Origin: Candidatus Dojkabacteria bacterium
Lineage (GTDB): Bacteria > Patescibacteriota > Dojkabacteria > JAFGLO01
DNA: 64,000 bases
Assembly: GCA_016927995.1 (NCBI GenBank)
Contig: JAFGLO010000015.1
Coordinates: forward strand, 3,847 to 67,846
Reading direction: 5' to 3'
The notes beneath the pieces were generated by a model. It searched no databases and was not told where the DNA came from. It was given only the letters and a program-made list of their open reading frames with translations. The translations under genes and the position numbers were made by a program. Below are positions 46,234 to 56,251 of the stretch, piece after piece; position 1 is the first letter of the stretch; every line of letters begins with the position of its first letter.

Positions 46234-47765
46234 TCTTCTATTGCAATAGAATTTGTTCCAAGGAAGATGGATATATTCTCAACATAAAGTGGAGCTAGTT
46301 CAAATTCATTGGTTTCATTGACAGAATAGCCCTCTTCGGTTAAGTAATTTGTAATCGATGAAATTGTTGCAGGTGCTAATGCATTTTCGTTTTCAACAAT
46401 TGTAATGCCTGTTGTAGTGGCACCATAATATCCGATAAAGACAAATTTATTGTATTTGTACTCAGTAAGTAGATCGCTATAAATCTGATAAGCTTCACTG
46501 TAACCGACGCCTGAATTGTAAACATAGATTAAGGCCTTTTCATTTATTAGCTCGGGATCTTCAATGAATGCCCGTACAAAATCTTGCACATTTGTATAGT
46601 CATAATAAAGTGGGGTAGGACTTATTATGTATGCTTGATCAGACATAATTGGAATAGAACCTTCACGTAGAATAGTATAATTCCCAATTGATGGGTCAAG
46701 CACGATTCCTGTTGTTTGGGGAATTCCATCAGTTAAGGCGATTTGGACTGCAGATTCCACAGTAGGGAGGGTTACATTGTAAAGCTTAATGTTTTTTCCG
46801 ACTGCTTTTACTATTTCCCAAAGAGTACTTGCATTAAGAAGAGACTTGTCACTTTCAAGTTTATAGCGAACTGCATCAATTATTTTCTGTTGGCGTCTGC
46901 CTCTGGCAAAGTCGGAACCTTCAGGCCAGGCTCCATGGCGTGACCTAGCAAATTTTACTGCTGTTTCTCCGTCCATATGAGTAAGTCCTGCGGTAAAACT
47001 AATTGTTTCGTATCCGCCGTTATAGGTTGGAAATTCGTAGTCAGTAAAGCTGTTTTCCACGTCCACATCAACTCCGCCTATAGCGTTAATCAGGTCGGCT
47101 GCACCTTGCAAATTAACAACAGCGCCATAATGAATATGAATTCCTATGTAATTCTCAACTGCAGCTGCAAGATATGAAAGCCCGACACTGCCATCAATAT
47201 CAGTTACCGGTTTTCCGGTTTTCTCACTTTCTATGTTCATTGCCGTAATATACATTGTGTTTATGCGTGCGTAATATTCTTTTCTGTCGGGAAACTGTAC
47301 AACGGTATCACGTGGAATAGAGATAAGATATGCTTCCTGAGTAGATCTGTCATAAGAGGCGATCATGATTGTGTCGGTATTTGAATACTCGCCGTTGGGT
47401 CGGGTATCTATTCCCACAATCAAGACGTTGGTTCGTCCAAACTCATCGGTTTCAAGTACCGGATTGTTTGATAAGACCTCGAGTATACCTTCCCAACTTA
47501 ACTCGAGTCCGCTTCCTTTAAGTATGTCGTACCAGTCCCTAAAAAACACAAATCCTTTAATACCAAAGTATATAAGAGGGATTGAAAGAACAATAAGCGT
47601 AGGAATAAACCACTTCTTTTTAAAAAGGCGTGAAAAAAACTGCTTAAATTTCCCCGGCTCTCTTTTGGAATTGTTTTTGATTATTGGAGTTTTTACTGGT
47701 TTCAGGGATGACGTTACGGAACTTATCGGTTTGGTCTCAACTTGCTTTAAATTGATCTTTTTCAC
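46230..47765 (-). CDS. LytR-CpsA-Psr (LCP) family cell-envelope polymer transferase
   Basis: TM anchor, then ..NVLIVGIDTRPNG..TDTIMIASYDRSTQEAYLISIPRDT..ARINTMY..GIHIHYGAVVNLQGAADLINAIGGVDVDV..HMDGETAVKFARSRH..ARGRRQQKII.. = the LCP core. Confidence 0.75.
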   Translation of the reverse strand: MKKINLKQVETKPISSVTSSLKPVKTPIIKNNSKREPGKFKQFFSRLFKKKWFIPTLIVLSIPLIYFGIKGFVFFRDWYDILKGSGLELSWEGILEVLSNNPVLETDEFGRTNVLIVGIDTRPNGEYSNTDTIMIASYDRSTQEAYLISIPRDTVVQFPDRKEYYARINTMYITAMNIESEKTGKPVTDIDGSVGLSYLAAAVENYIGIHIHYGAVVNLQGAADLINAIGGVDVDVENSFTDYEFPTYNGGYETISFTAGLTHMDGETAVKFARSRHGAWPEGSDFARGRRQQKIIDAVRYKLESDKSLLNASTLWEIVKAVGKNIKLYNVTLPTVESAVQIALTDGIPQTTGIVLDPSIGNYTILREGSIPIMSDQAYIISPTPLYYDYTNVQDFVRAFIEDPELINEKALIYVYNSGVGYSEAYQIYSDLLTEYKYNKFVFIGYYGATTTGITIVENENALAPATISSITNYLTEEGYSVNETNEFELAPLYVENISIFLGTNSIAIEE

Positions 47766-48123
47766 TATTGATTTTTGTAAATAATGGTTAGTATTCTAGC
47801 AAGATTACTCGTAAGAGGCTAGTGGTATATGCAAAACACTTGGGTTTACGTCGTTTTAGGGGCTTTGGTAAGTGAGACTGAGGTTTTCTGTGTTAGGATT
47901 TCAATTTGTCTAAGAATTGACTTTATTTCATCTTCCGATGGTGATTTTGAGCTTATTGCCCTAAGTAAAAGTTCCCATAAAGCCTTTACTTCCGAAATAT
48001 CTGTAAGTAAGTTCCTCCTAAGTGGTAGCGTCATTGATTGTAATATCAAATTACTTTCTTGTTCTATTATAAGGCTAAATGGATAATAATTTCCAATTGT
48101 TGTTGCTAGCGTGGTGACAACAG

Positions 48124-48569
48124 TAAAAGGGGATGTTGAACCTCTTCTCTCATAGTTATCTTCCAGAGAGGATTATTTCACTATTTCACTACTTAATCGT
48201 CCTCCGTTGATCTGTGTGTTCATCGGAAGCCCTTTGCTTATTTTGCCTTTTTGCTAAAGCGATTTCCTCTTCTCACACTAGCTCTTCGGAGATTACTTCA
48301 CTATTTCACTACTTAAGCTTCCGTCGATTCCTATGTTCGAAGTGAACCCTTTATCTGTTTTATTTTGTTGTTAAAGCTTGCCACTTCTCTCATAGGTATC
48401 TTCCGGAGAGGATTACTTCACTATTTCACTGTTTCACTGCTTAAGCTTCCGTCGATTTCTACGTTCGAAGTGAACCCTTTATCTGTTTTATTTTGTTGTT
48501 AAAGCTTGCCACTTCTCTCATAGTTATCTTCCGGAGGATTACTTTACTGTTTTACTACTTCACTGTTTC
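48124..48569. repeat. Tandem array of ~117-128-bp units (~3.6 copies), each beginning cttctctcatag.tatcttccggagaggattacttcactatttcact(gtttcact)..
   Basis: Units lie at 48124-48246, 48247-48363, 48364-48491 and 48492-~48569. Units 2 and 3 are nearly identical in their second halves; unit 1 has a diverged second half. Each unit contains phased TTCACT direct repeats with ~8-bp periodicity. Confidence 0.9.
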
Positions 48570-48651
48570 ACTGCTTATTCCGAACCAGATAAACCTAAGT
48601 CTCGGGATCCTCGAAATTGATAAATCAATTTCGGGACTGTATACTGTTTGT

Positions 48652-49038
48652 ATGATTCATCTGGGAATAGATTTTGGAGAAAAACGAATAGGGCTTGCCG
48701 TAAGCGACGCTAAGGAGATTGTTAGTGCTCCGCTTTCCATAATAAAGCGAGTCTCAGACGAAGCGGCAATTTCCCAAATCCTTGAGCTTGCTGTTCTTAA
48801 AAAGGTTGAAAAAATTGTTGTCGGAATGCCTCAGGCGTTTGCCTCTGTACATGAAACGCAGGTAAAAAGAGTAAGTTCCTTTATAGAAAAGCTTAACAAT
48901 AGTACAGATATTCCAATTGAGACCTTTACCGAAGCATATACGTCAAAAATTGCCCATACGCAGAGGAAAGGTAAACGGCCAATAGATGATCTTGCTGCGG
49001 CTCATATTCTGCAGCGGTATTTGGATAGTAGGCTATAA
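48652..49038 (+). CDS. ruvX: Holliday-junction-resolvase-like protein YqgF/RuvX (pre-16S rRNA nuclease)
   Basis: MIHLGIDFGEKRIGLAVSD.. is the RuvX N-terminus. The ORF-track start at 48493 lies within the repeat array; the ATG at 48652 is preferred. Confidence 0.8.
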   Translation: MIHLGIDFGEKRIGLAVSDAKEIVSAPLSIIKRVSDEAAISQILELAVLKKVEKIVVGMPQAFASVHETQVKRVSSFIEKLNNSTDIPIETFTEAYTSKIAHTQRKGKRPIDDLAAAHILQRYLDSRL

Positions 49039-49044
49039 TCGGTA

Positions 49045-49150
49045 AAGTAGTGAAATAGTAATATAGTGAAATCTGGAAGGTTGCTGTGCGAGAGGTGATT
49101 CGCTTTAGCACAAAAGCAAAACAAGCAAAGGGCTCACATCGAACACGGGA
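49045..49150. repeat. Inverted partial copy of the tandem-array unit (reverse complement of approximately 48196-48297) immediately downstream of ruvX
   Basis: aagtagtgaaatagtaatatagtgaaatc..gattcgctttagcacaaaagcaaaacaagcaaagggctcacatcgaacac is the reverse complement of ..gtgttcatcggaagccctttgcttattttgcctttttgctaaagcgatttc..gattacttcactatttcactactt, with several mismatches. Confidence 0.75.
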
Positions 49151-49260
49151 ACCGACAGAGGGTCAGTTAGCAAGTAGGGACATGTCCGACAGCCGTAGGG
49201 ACATGTCCTGGACTTGTCCTTAAAGTAGTAAAACAGTACTAACTATTATATAATGAGCAC

Positions 49261-51450
49261 ATGGCAAAACGTGGACGACCGCCCAAAAATAGGGAATTAA
49301 CAATTAAAAGCGATGAAACCAGAGTCTTCTTTGCACTTATGCTTTTGGGATTGGGACTTTTACTTCTAAGTAGTTCATTTTTATCGGGTGAATTTTTTAA
49401 TCAGATTTCTAAGGCAATTGGTGATAGTACCTATGTGCTGGGAATCTTTTTTATGGCGTTGTCTCTTAGATTGTTCGGTTATAATAATTGGTTTTCGGGT
49501 ACTCAAACGCTAATCGGTTTTTTCTCGGTGTGGGCAGTGTCACTTCCGTTTCTTCACTTTCTTCTTCCTATTGATAAGGGTGCTGAACTTGCCGACGAGG
49601 GTCGAGGTGGCGGTATTTTGGGTTACGCTATTCACAAAACCTTATATAATTGGTTCGATCTCGAGGGTGAGTTTATTATTCTTGTAATTATTGGACTTAT
49701 TGCAATAAGTGTTACCACCGGAATTTCTATAAGAGTACTTCAGAAGTTGGTAGAAAAAATTTTTACCGTAGGTGGAAAATCAGTTTCCAAGGTTACCGAA
49801 ACAGTTGGTAATAGTATAACTCAAATCAAAGAATCCACGCCCGCTTTTGGTGATGATTATGTTCAAGAAGTTGGAAAATTAGGAGAGCTTTACGATAAAC
49901 AGGAAACAAGAGCTGAAATCGGCTCGAAGGTGGATACAAAAACTGAACAAACCGGCACACAGCCGAAACCTAAATCTTCGGATGATAGCAGGTTTTTGTA
50001 CCCAGATTGGGAGTATCCGCCAATTTCTTTACTTGACCCTGTTCCCCCGAAGTCAGATCCAAGTGAAAGAAATGAAGCCCAAGCCGAAGTTATCGAAAAG
50101 ACTTTACGTAGCTTTGGAATATCATCAGAAGTAGTCGACATAAATTATGGGCCCACGGTTGTTCAATATGCTTTAAAAATCTCTGTAGGAATTAAAGTTA
50201 ATAAAATTAGCAATTTAAGCAAGGACTTGGCACTTGCACTGGCTGCGCCTTCGGGACAGGTAAGAATAGAGACACCAATACCCGGAACATCTTTTATAGG
50301 AATTGAGGTTCCGCACGAAAAACCTGATATTGTATCACTTCGTGAATTAATGAGTCTTCCTGACATGAAGGAAGATAGATTTGCGCTGCCGCTCCCATTT
50401 GGAAAAAATGTTAGCGGGTTAAGTATTGTTCGTGATCTTACTAAAATGCCGCATATGTTAATTGCAGGTGCAACCGGTTCCGGAAAATCAATCTCAATAA
50501 ATGGTTTTATAATGGGACTAATAATGACCTTAAGTCCCGATCAGTTAAGGCTCATTTTGGTTGATCCCAAAACCGTTGAATTTGCTCCGTATGCAGATAT
50601 TCCTCACCTTATGGTGCCTGTTGTAACCGACGTTAATAAGGTTGTAAGTGCCTTGACTTGGGCGGTTGAGGAAATGCAATGTAGATATGCACAGTTACGT
50701 GAGGCAGGAACCAGGAATATTGCCCAGTATAATGAGAAAAAAGGTTACACGTCCATGCCGTATATAGTAGTAATTATCGATGAAATGGCCGATCTTATGT
50801 TATCAACGGGAATCGATATTGAACACAAGATTGTACGACTTGCACAGATGGCACGTGCCGTAGGTATTCACTTGTTGCTTGCCACGCAAAGACCTTCAGT
50901 AAATGTAATAACGGGGCTTATTAAAGCCAATGTTCCTGCCCGCATAGGTATGACGGTTGCTACGAGTATTGATTCCCGGGTAATATTGGATACAGTTGGT
51001 GCGGAAACTCTTCTTGGTAACGGTGATATGTTGTTTAAAGCCCCTGATGTTGCAAACGCAGTTAGAATTCAGGGAGTATACACCAAAAATCAGGAGATAG
51101 AACGTGTAGTCGAATTTCTGAAAAAACAGGGTGAACCCGTATATAACGAGGCAATTCTTGAAGCAAATACCGCCGGTTTAACAGATATTGATTCCGATGG
51201 AGGTTCCCCCGAAACCTGGGTAAATGATTCCGTGTTTCTTGATGCAATAAAGGTTGTGGCTTCTGCTCAGCAAGGATCTGCCTCATATATCCAACGTAAG
51301 CTACGTATTGGATATAACCGTGCTGCTCGATACATCGACCAGATGGAAGAAGTCGGTGTAGTCGGTCCACGTGACGGAAGTAAGCCCCGTGAGGTTTTGA
51401 TTACTAATGCAGATGAATTCATTGAGAGGCTTAAACATGGACCAGGTTGA
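49261..51450 (+). CDS. ftsK: DNA translocase FtsK/SpoIIIE
   Basis: N-terminal TM segments, Walker A LIAGATGSGKS, Walker B VVIIDEMADL, and the gamma domain ..GSASYIQRKLRIGYNRAARYIDQMEEVGVVGP. A near-leaderless TATAAT lies at 49249-49254. Confidence 0.9.
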   Translation: MAKRGRPPKNRELTIKSDETRVFFALMLLGLGLLLLSSSFLSGEFFNQISKAIGDSTYVLGIFFMALSLRLFGYNNWFSGTQTLIGFFSVWAVSLPFLHFLLPIDKGAELADEGRGGGILGYAIHKTLYNWFDLEGEFIILVIIGLIAISVTTGISIRVLQKLVEKIFTVGGKSVSKVTETVGNSITQIKESTPAFGDDYVQEVGKLGELYDKQETRAEIGSKVDTKTEQTGTQPKPKSSDDSRFLYPDWEYPPISLLDPVPPKSDPSERNEAQAEVIEKTLRSFGISSEVVDINYGPTVVQYALKISVGIKVNKISNLSKDLALALAAPSGQVRIETPIPGTSFIGIEVPHEKPDIVSLRELMSLPDMKEDRFALPLPFGKNVSGLSIVRDLTKMPHMLIAGATGSGKSISINGFIMGLIMTLSPDQLRLILVDPKTVEFAPYADIPHLMVPVVTDVNKVVSALTWAVEEMQCRYAQLREAGTRNIAQYNEKKGYTSMPYIVVIIDEMADLMLSTGIDIEHKIVRLAQMARAVGIHLLLATQRPSVNVITGLIKANVPARIGMTVATSIDSRVILDTVGAETLLGNGDMLFKAPDVANAVRIQGVYTKNQEIERVVEFLKKQGEPVYNEAILEANTAGLTDIDSDGGSPETWVNDSVFLDAIKVVASAQQGSASYIQRKLRIGYNRAARYIDQMEEVGVVGPRDGSKPREVLITNADEFIERLKHGPG

Positions 51451-52411
51451 TTTCGGATTGATAACCCCGGGAAAACTTCTTAGGGATGCACGAATAGCCA
51501 AGGGTATTTCTGTAGATGAGGTTGCAAATGCAATCAAAGTTAGAAAGGACTATGTAATTGCCCTGGAAGCCAATAAATTTGATACTTTTGACTCTCCCGT
51601 TTATGCAAAGGGATTTCTAAAATTATACTCCAGCTATCTTTCTGTACCGACCGAGAAAGTTATTGCACTATATCGACGATTTACAGACGAAGACGTTGCA
51701 ACGGAAATAAAACCTAAGCCCGATGGGATTCCACTGCCCAAAATAGTTATTACACCATCAACAATTGCCGTTTTGGCAGTTGTTTTGGTAATTGGATTTA
51801 TCATTACCTACTTGGTAATCCAGTTTGCCACGTTTCAAAAGCCTCCCAAACTTGAACTTGTATGGCCTGCCAGTGAGCGAACCGAGGTAAATTCAGAAGT
51901 TGTAACGATAACCGGCTATACGGTGTTATCGGCAAATGTTTACGTAAATGATGAAAGTGTTACTGTCTCAAATGATGGCTATTTTTCGGCTACTGTAAAA
52001 CTTAACCGGGGTGATAATCAAATCGTCATAAAGGCCACAAACGATGATAATATTGGCAAGAGTAATACACTTTCTGTGTACATAAGATACATACCCGTTG
52101 AATCACAAGATGTGAACGAAACTGATGTGACCGAAGAAATCATTCCCGATTCATTTCAAGCCAAATTGCAAATTGATGGAGGTGACGCATGGATTGTATT
52201 TTCGGTTGACGGAGAAAATAAATATACTCAAACACTTCAGTCGGGTTTCGACGAAAGCTTTACGGTATTCCAGAATCTTTCAATTACTTCGGGTCGTGGA
52301 CAGTTTACCAAGCTGTATATAAATGGTGAACTAACTCCACTTACCCAGAATAACCAAGGTATTGTAGGGTTGGGGTGTAGGCTTGTGAGTGGCGAAGTCG
52401 TTTGCAATTAG
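51437..52411 (+). CDS. RodZ-like cytoskeleton protein (HTH_XRE N-terminus, single TM, C-terminal domain)
   Basis: ..LLRDARIAKGISVDEVANAIKVRKDYVIALEANKFDTFDSPVYAKGFLKLYSSYL.. matches the RodZ N-terminal HTH. The TM is AVLAVVLVIGFIITYLVI. Confidence 0.5.
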   Translation: MDQVDFGLITPGKLLRDARIAKGISVDEVANAIKVRKDYVIALEANKFDTFDSPVYAKGFLKLYSSYLSVPTEKVIALYRRFTDEDVATEIKPKPDGIPLPKIVITPSTIAVLAVVLVIGFIITYLVIQFATFQKPPKLELVWPASERTEVNSEVVTITGYTVLSANVYVNDESVTVSNDGYFSATVKLNRGDNQIVIKATNDDNIGKSNTLSVYIRYIPVESQDVNETDVTEEIIPDSFQAKLQIDGGDAWIVFSVDGENKYTQTLQSGFDESFTVFQNLSITSGRGQFTKLYINGELTPLTQNNQGIVGLGCRLVSGEVVCN

Positions 52412-52423
52412 CCATTTTAGCCA

Positions 52424-53095
52424 TTAGTGCCTTGGATTTAATGCAGAAGCAAAACACATTCCGACTATATTTTTCCCGTGTATCGGCTTTGCTGCTTCCA
52501 TCATTGTTGCACCCGTTGTGATTACGTCATCAAAGAGAATAATATTTTGCGGGAGTTTTCTGTCGAAGGAAATCAAATCGAATGCAGCTTTTACGTTTTT
52601 TTCTCGTTGTGACGATTTTTGTCTTGCCTGGGGATTTGTATGTCTAATCCGCTTTAGAATTTTAATTAGTGGGATTTTAAGGCGAATGGATATAGCCTTT
52701 GCCAACAGTTCCGACTGATTATATCCACGCCAGTTTTGGCGTTTCTTTGCCAAGGGGACGGCTGTTATACAAGAATTTTTGGGGAGCCTGAAGTATGATA
52801 ACCTTTGAATAATTAGCTCGACTATAAAGTTTGTGAGTCTATAGCCGCCTTTGTATTTGAACGCACTTAGGATTTTGGCAGTACACCGGTTGTATCTATA
52901 GGGCGTAATAATTTGTGAGATATTTGTTTGAGTTTGACACTGCTTATGGGTGAACCCGCTAAAGCTTCCTCTTTTACAAACAATACAAAGTTGCGAGAAA
53001 TCCGATAGCATGGAAGTACATGCCTTACAAAGATAGGGTCCGGGAATTCCACAGTTTAAGCAAAATGTAGGAAATAAATATGAAAGCAAGTCCAT
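52424..53095 (-). CDS. comFC: ComF family competence protein (phosphoribosyltransferase domain)
   Basis: N-terminal Cys pairs (CLNCG..CKAC..CIVC), then a PRTase motif ..IILFDDVITTGATM.. Confidence 0.65.
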   Translation of the reverse strand: MDLLSYLFPTFCLNCGIPGPYLCKACTSMLSDFSQLCIVCKRGSFSGFTHKQCQTQTNISQIITPYRYNRCTAKILSAFKYKGGYRLTNFIVELIIQRLSYFRLPKNSCITAVPLAKKRQNWRGYNQSELLAKAISIRLKIPLIKILKRIRHTNPQARQKSSQREKNVKAAFDLISFDRKLPQNIILFDDVITTGATMMEAAKPIHGKNIVGMCFASALNPRH

Positions 53096-53201
53096 AAAAT
53101 ATTTTAATAAAACTCTCAAACAACTGCTAGAACTAAATCTGGCAAAATGCAAGAATGCTGACAGATTATTTTAGGAAAGTGATCCGAAAGTGCCTGTTTA
53201 C

Positions 53202-53522
53202 CTAAAGATGCTGATCCACGATTTTTTTAATCTCTGCTTTGGGTCTTGCTCCTACAATTGTCTCCACAACCTTACCGTCTTTAAAAAGAATAAGTGCAGG
53301 AATGCTCATAATGTTGAACTTTGCAGCCGAAGTTCTATTCTCATCAACATTAAGCTTGCCAATGGTTACCTTTTCTGCATAATCTGTTGAAAGCCCTTCG
53401 ATAATGGGGGTCATCATTAGGCAGGGTCCGCACCAAGTTGCCCAAAAATCTACAAGTACTAGCCCCTGTGATTTTTCGACGTCGGTTTCGAAATTAGCAT
53501 CGTTAAATTGGACTACTGTCAT
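53202..53522 (-). CDS. trxA: Thioredoxin
   Basis: ..VLVDFWATWCGPCLMM.. is the WCGPC active site; 106 aa. Confidence 0.93.
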   Translation of the reverse strand: MTVVQFNDANFETDVEKSQGLVLVDFWATWCGPCLMMTPIIEGLSTDYAEKVTIGKLNVDENRTSAAKFNIMSIPALILFKDGKVVETIVGARPKAEIKKIVDQHL

Positions 53523-53670
53523 TTTTCTATAGACTAAATTAGCTATCAGAATATTAATACCCTTTTAAGGTAAGGTCAATTGGTGGCGAGTTAACGTGAC
53601 TTGGATATAGGTGATGTTTTATATAATCAAATAATGTATAATTTACCAAGATTATTTAAGGATTTTTCGA

Positions 53671-54507
53671 ATGATGCTTCTTGATGGAAAAGCTCTTTCA
53701 AAAAAAATAACTCAGGATCTAAAAATCAAGACTGAAAATATTGATCCAAAGCCCAAAATGGCCGTTATTCTTGTAGGTGATGATTATGCCAGTAAGCTTT
53801 ATGTAAAAATGAAAAAGAGACGAGCCGAAAAGATTGGAATGATCTGTGACGTTATAAGGTATGACGATATAACAACGGCCGAGTTAATATCCAAAATAAA
53901 TCTTTTAAATAAAGACGATACAGTTGATGGAATTATGCTTCAATTACCACTTCCCGAAGGGTTTGATAAAGAAAAAATTTTAAACAGCATAGACTATACA
54001 AAGGATATCGATGGATTAACTGCCACATCACTCGGGCTTGTTGCTCAAGGCAAACCGTATTTTGTTCCTGCAACATCGCTTGCAGTAATCAGGCTTCTTG
54101 ATGAGTATAAAGTTGATATTGTCGGAAAGGATGTTGTAATAATAGGTGCAAGTAGCTTAATAGGTATTCCGCTTGGACTTTTGCTTAGATATAGAGGTGG
54201 TACGGTAACACTTTGTCATTCACGTACACAAGGACTAGACGAAGTGGCTCGTACTGCCGACATATTAATCTCTGCCACGGGTAAACCACATTTGGTGAAC
54301 AGTGAATTCGTAAAGAAGGGCGCAGTAGTAATTGATGTCGGTATTGAACAGGACCCTGAGACTGGAGCAATTGTGGGAGATGTCGATACCGGTTCAATAA
54401 AAGACATTGCCAGTGCCGTTTCGCCTGTTCCTGGAGGAGTTGGTCCGCTTACTATAGCAATGCTTCTTAGTAATTTAATGGACGCAGTAACTCAAGATCC
54501 ATTATAA
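53671..54507 (+). CDS. folD: Bifunctional methylenetetrahydrofolate dehydrogenase/cyclohydrolase
   Basis: ..LDGKALSKKI..AVILVGDDYASKLYVKMKKRRAEKIGM..GIMLQLPLP..VVIIGASSLIGIPLGLLL..SPVPGGVGPLTIAML.. Confidence 0.9.
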   Translation: MMLLDGKALSKKITQDLKIKTENIDPKPKMAVILVGDDYASKLYVKMKKRRAEKIGMICDVIRYDDITTAELISKINLLNKDDTVDGIMLQLPLPEGFDKEKILNSIDYTKDIDGLTATSLGLVAQGKPYFVPATSLAVIRLLDEYKVDIVGKDVVIIGASSLIGIPLGLLLRYRGGTVTLCHSRTQGLDEVARTADILISATGKPHLVNSEFVKKGAVVIDVGIEQDPETGAIVGDVDTGSIKDIASAVSPVPGGVGPLTIAMLLSNLMDAVTQDPL

Positions 54508-54551
54508 CTCAACTTATAAAACAAAATAGAATCAATTAATGTATTAATAAA

Positions 54552-55838
54552 ATGAATGAGCCAATTGGTAAAGTCGATCCGGTAGTTGCCAAGCTTATTG
54601 AGTCCGAATCCAAGCGTCAAGAGGAAGGGCTTGAACTTATTCCTTCCGAAAATTATGTTTCGAGAGCAGTACTTTCCGCACTTGGATCAGTGTTTACTAA
54701 TAAATACTCCGAAGGATATCCTAAGCGTAGGTATTATGGCGGACAAAAATATACCGACCTTCTTGAAACAGAAGTAATAAACCGAGCCAAGACTTTATTT
54801 CACTGTGATCATGCAAACGTTCAACCTTTGTCCGGTGCTCCCGCAAACACTGCGGCTTATTTTGCGTGGTGTAATCCTGGTGACACAATAATGGCAATGG
54901 ATCTTACACATGGTGGACATTTAACGCACGGACATCCCGTTACCCACTTATCAAGATTGTTCAAATTCGTTAGATATAAAATAAAAGATATTGAAACCGG
55001 CGAAATTGATTATGATCACCTAAGGGATACAGCGCTTATGGAGCGGCCCAAAATTATTCTTGCCGGGTACACCTCGTACCCACGAAACTATAATTATAAA
55101 ATAATGGCCGATATCGCAAACGAGGTTGGGGCTGTTGCAATGGCTGATATTGCTCACATTGCCGGGCTTATTGCAGCGGGTGTAATTGACAATCCATTCG
55201 ATTTTGGGTTTCACATGGTTACGACTACAACGCATAAAACTTTACGTGGACCTCGTGCCGGCTTGATTCTTACTAGGGGAAAGGTTGGTAATCCACTTGC
55301 CAAAGTTAAACGGACAATTGAAAATTTGCCAACACTTGTTGACAGATCAGTTTTTCCGGGGCTTCAGGGTGGGCCGCATATGAATGCTATTGCGGCAATC
55401 GGTGTTGCACTGAAAGAAGCGTCAACAAAAGACTTCAAGGTGTACGCAGAACAGGTGATTAAAAATGCAAAGGTCCTGTCAACCGAACTTATGTCACTTG
55501 GATGTAAACTTGTTACAAACGGAACCGATAATCACTTAATGGTAATTGATTGCGTGAAATCTTTTGAAGTAGATGGCAAAATCGTCGAGGATGTACTTTC
55601 CAAAGTTGGTTTAAACCTTAACAAAAACGTTGTTCCGGATGATCCTTTACCTCCATATAAGCCAAGCGGAGTCAGACTTGGCACTCCGGCAATGACAACT
55701 CGCGGACTTAAAGAATTCGAAATGAAAGAAGTTGCAGAATTAATTGTAGAGTCAATAAATTCACGCAAGAACGAGACAAAGCTTAAGGCAATAAAAGAGG
55801 AGGTGACTGCACTTTGTAAAAGGTTTCCTGTATACTAG
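54552..55838 (+). CDS. glyA: Serine hydroxymethyltransferase
   Basis: ..LIPSENYVSRAVLSALGSVFTNKYSEGYPKRRYYGG.. together with the PLP-binding HMVTTTTHKTLRGPR. Confidence 0.95.
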   Translation: MNEPIGKVDPVVAKLIESESKRQEEGLELIPSENYVSRAVLSALGSVFTNKYSEGYPKRRYYGGQKYTDLLETEVINRAKTLFHCDHANVQPLSGAPANTAAYFAWCNPGDTIMAMDLTHGGHLTHGHPVTHLSRLFKFVRYKIKDIETGEIDYDHLRDTALMERPKIILAGYTSYPRNYNYKIMADIANEVGAVAMADIAHIAGLIAAGVIDNPFDFGFHMVTTTTHKTLRGPRAGLILTRGKVGNPLAKVKRTIENLPTLVDRSVFPGLQGGPHMNAIAAIGVALKEASTKDFKVYAEQVIKNAKVLSTELMSLGCKLVTNGTDNHLMVIDCVKSFEVDGKIVEDVLSKVGLNLNKNVVPDDPLPPYKPSGVRLGTPAMTTRGLKEFEMKEVAELIVESINSRKNETKLKAIKEEVTALCKRFPVY

Positions 55839-55866
55839 AAAAGACTATTGTGTTACGGAATTCATG

Positions 55867-55875
55867 TGCTATAAT
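55867..55875 (+). promoter_or_regulatory. Extended -10 element (TGcTATAAT) upstream of the pilin gene at 55910
   Basis: tgctataat at 55867-55875, about 35 nt before the ATG. Confidence 0.35.
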
Positions 55876-55909
55876 AACAATAGCTGTAACTGAATTTAAA
55901 TAAATAAAA

Positions 55910-56242
55910 ATGCTTGATATCGATAAAATAATAATGCAAGCTGCGCCTGGTACATCTTCCGCATCGGGGGTATCAACTCCCTCGGGTGTTCCACAAACAC
56001 TTGCCGAGCTTGTTCAACGTGCATTGACTCCCATTTTTGCAGTTGCGGGGGTTGTACTTTTGGGGCTTTTTATTTACGGTGGATATACCTGGCTTATGAG
56101 TGCAGGTGATCCAGGTAAACTTAAAGAAGCTCAGGGAATTATTGTTAACGCTATTATCGGTATTGCAATTGTAATGAGTGCGGCACTTTTAACTAGAGTT
56201 GTGGGGCATCTTTTGGGTTATGAAGGTATGGGTATATTTTAA
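55910..56242 (+). CDS. TrbC/VirB2-like type IV secretion pilin-like membrane protein (paralog 2)
   Basis: ..FAVAGVVLLGLFIYGGYTWLMSAGDPGKLKEAQGIIVNAIIGIAIVMSAALL.. has the same architecture as 6917..7231. Confidence 0.5.
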   Translation: MLDIDKIIMQAAPGTSSASGVSTPSGVPQTLAELVQRALTPIFAVAGVVLLGLFIYGGYTWLMSAGDPGKLKEAQGIIVNAIIGIAIVMSAALLTRVVGHLLGYEGMGIF

Positions 56243-56251
56243 GTTTATTTA

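Noticed and set aside
47846-48049. 67-aa minus-strand ORF (and overlapping 85-aa plus-strand ORF) in the LCP-ruvX intergenic region
   Set aside because: There is no recognisable motif. The two ORFs overlap on opposite strands in a promoter- and repeat-rich region, so support is insufficient to call a gene.
48300-48330. tRNA-like T-arm (GTTCGAAGTGAAC) within the repeat units
   Set aside because: It is only a short hairpin palindrome. No acceptor stem, D-arm or anticodon arm could be built around it, and it repeats with the array.
48124-48569. Possible CRISPR array
   Set aside because: The units are ~120 bp and directly abutting, with no alternating unique spacers; repeat-to-repeat divergence is gradual. 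No cas genes are present in the window.
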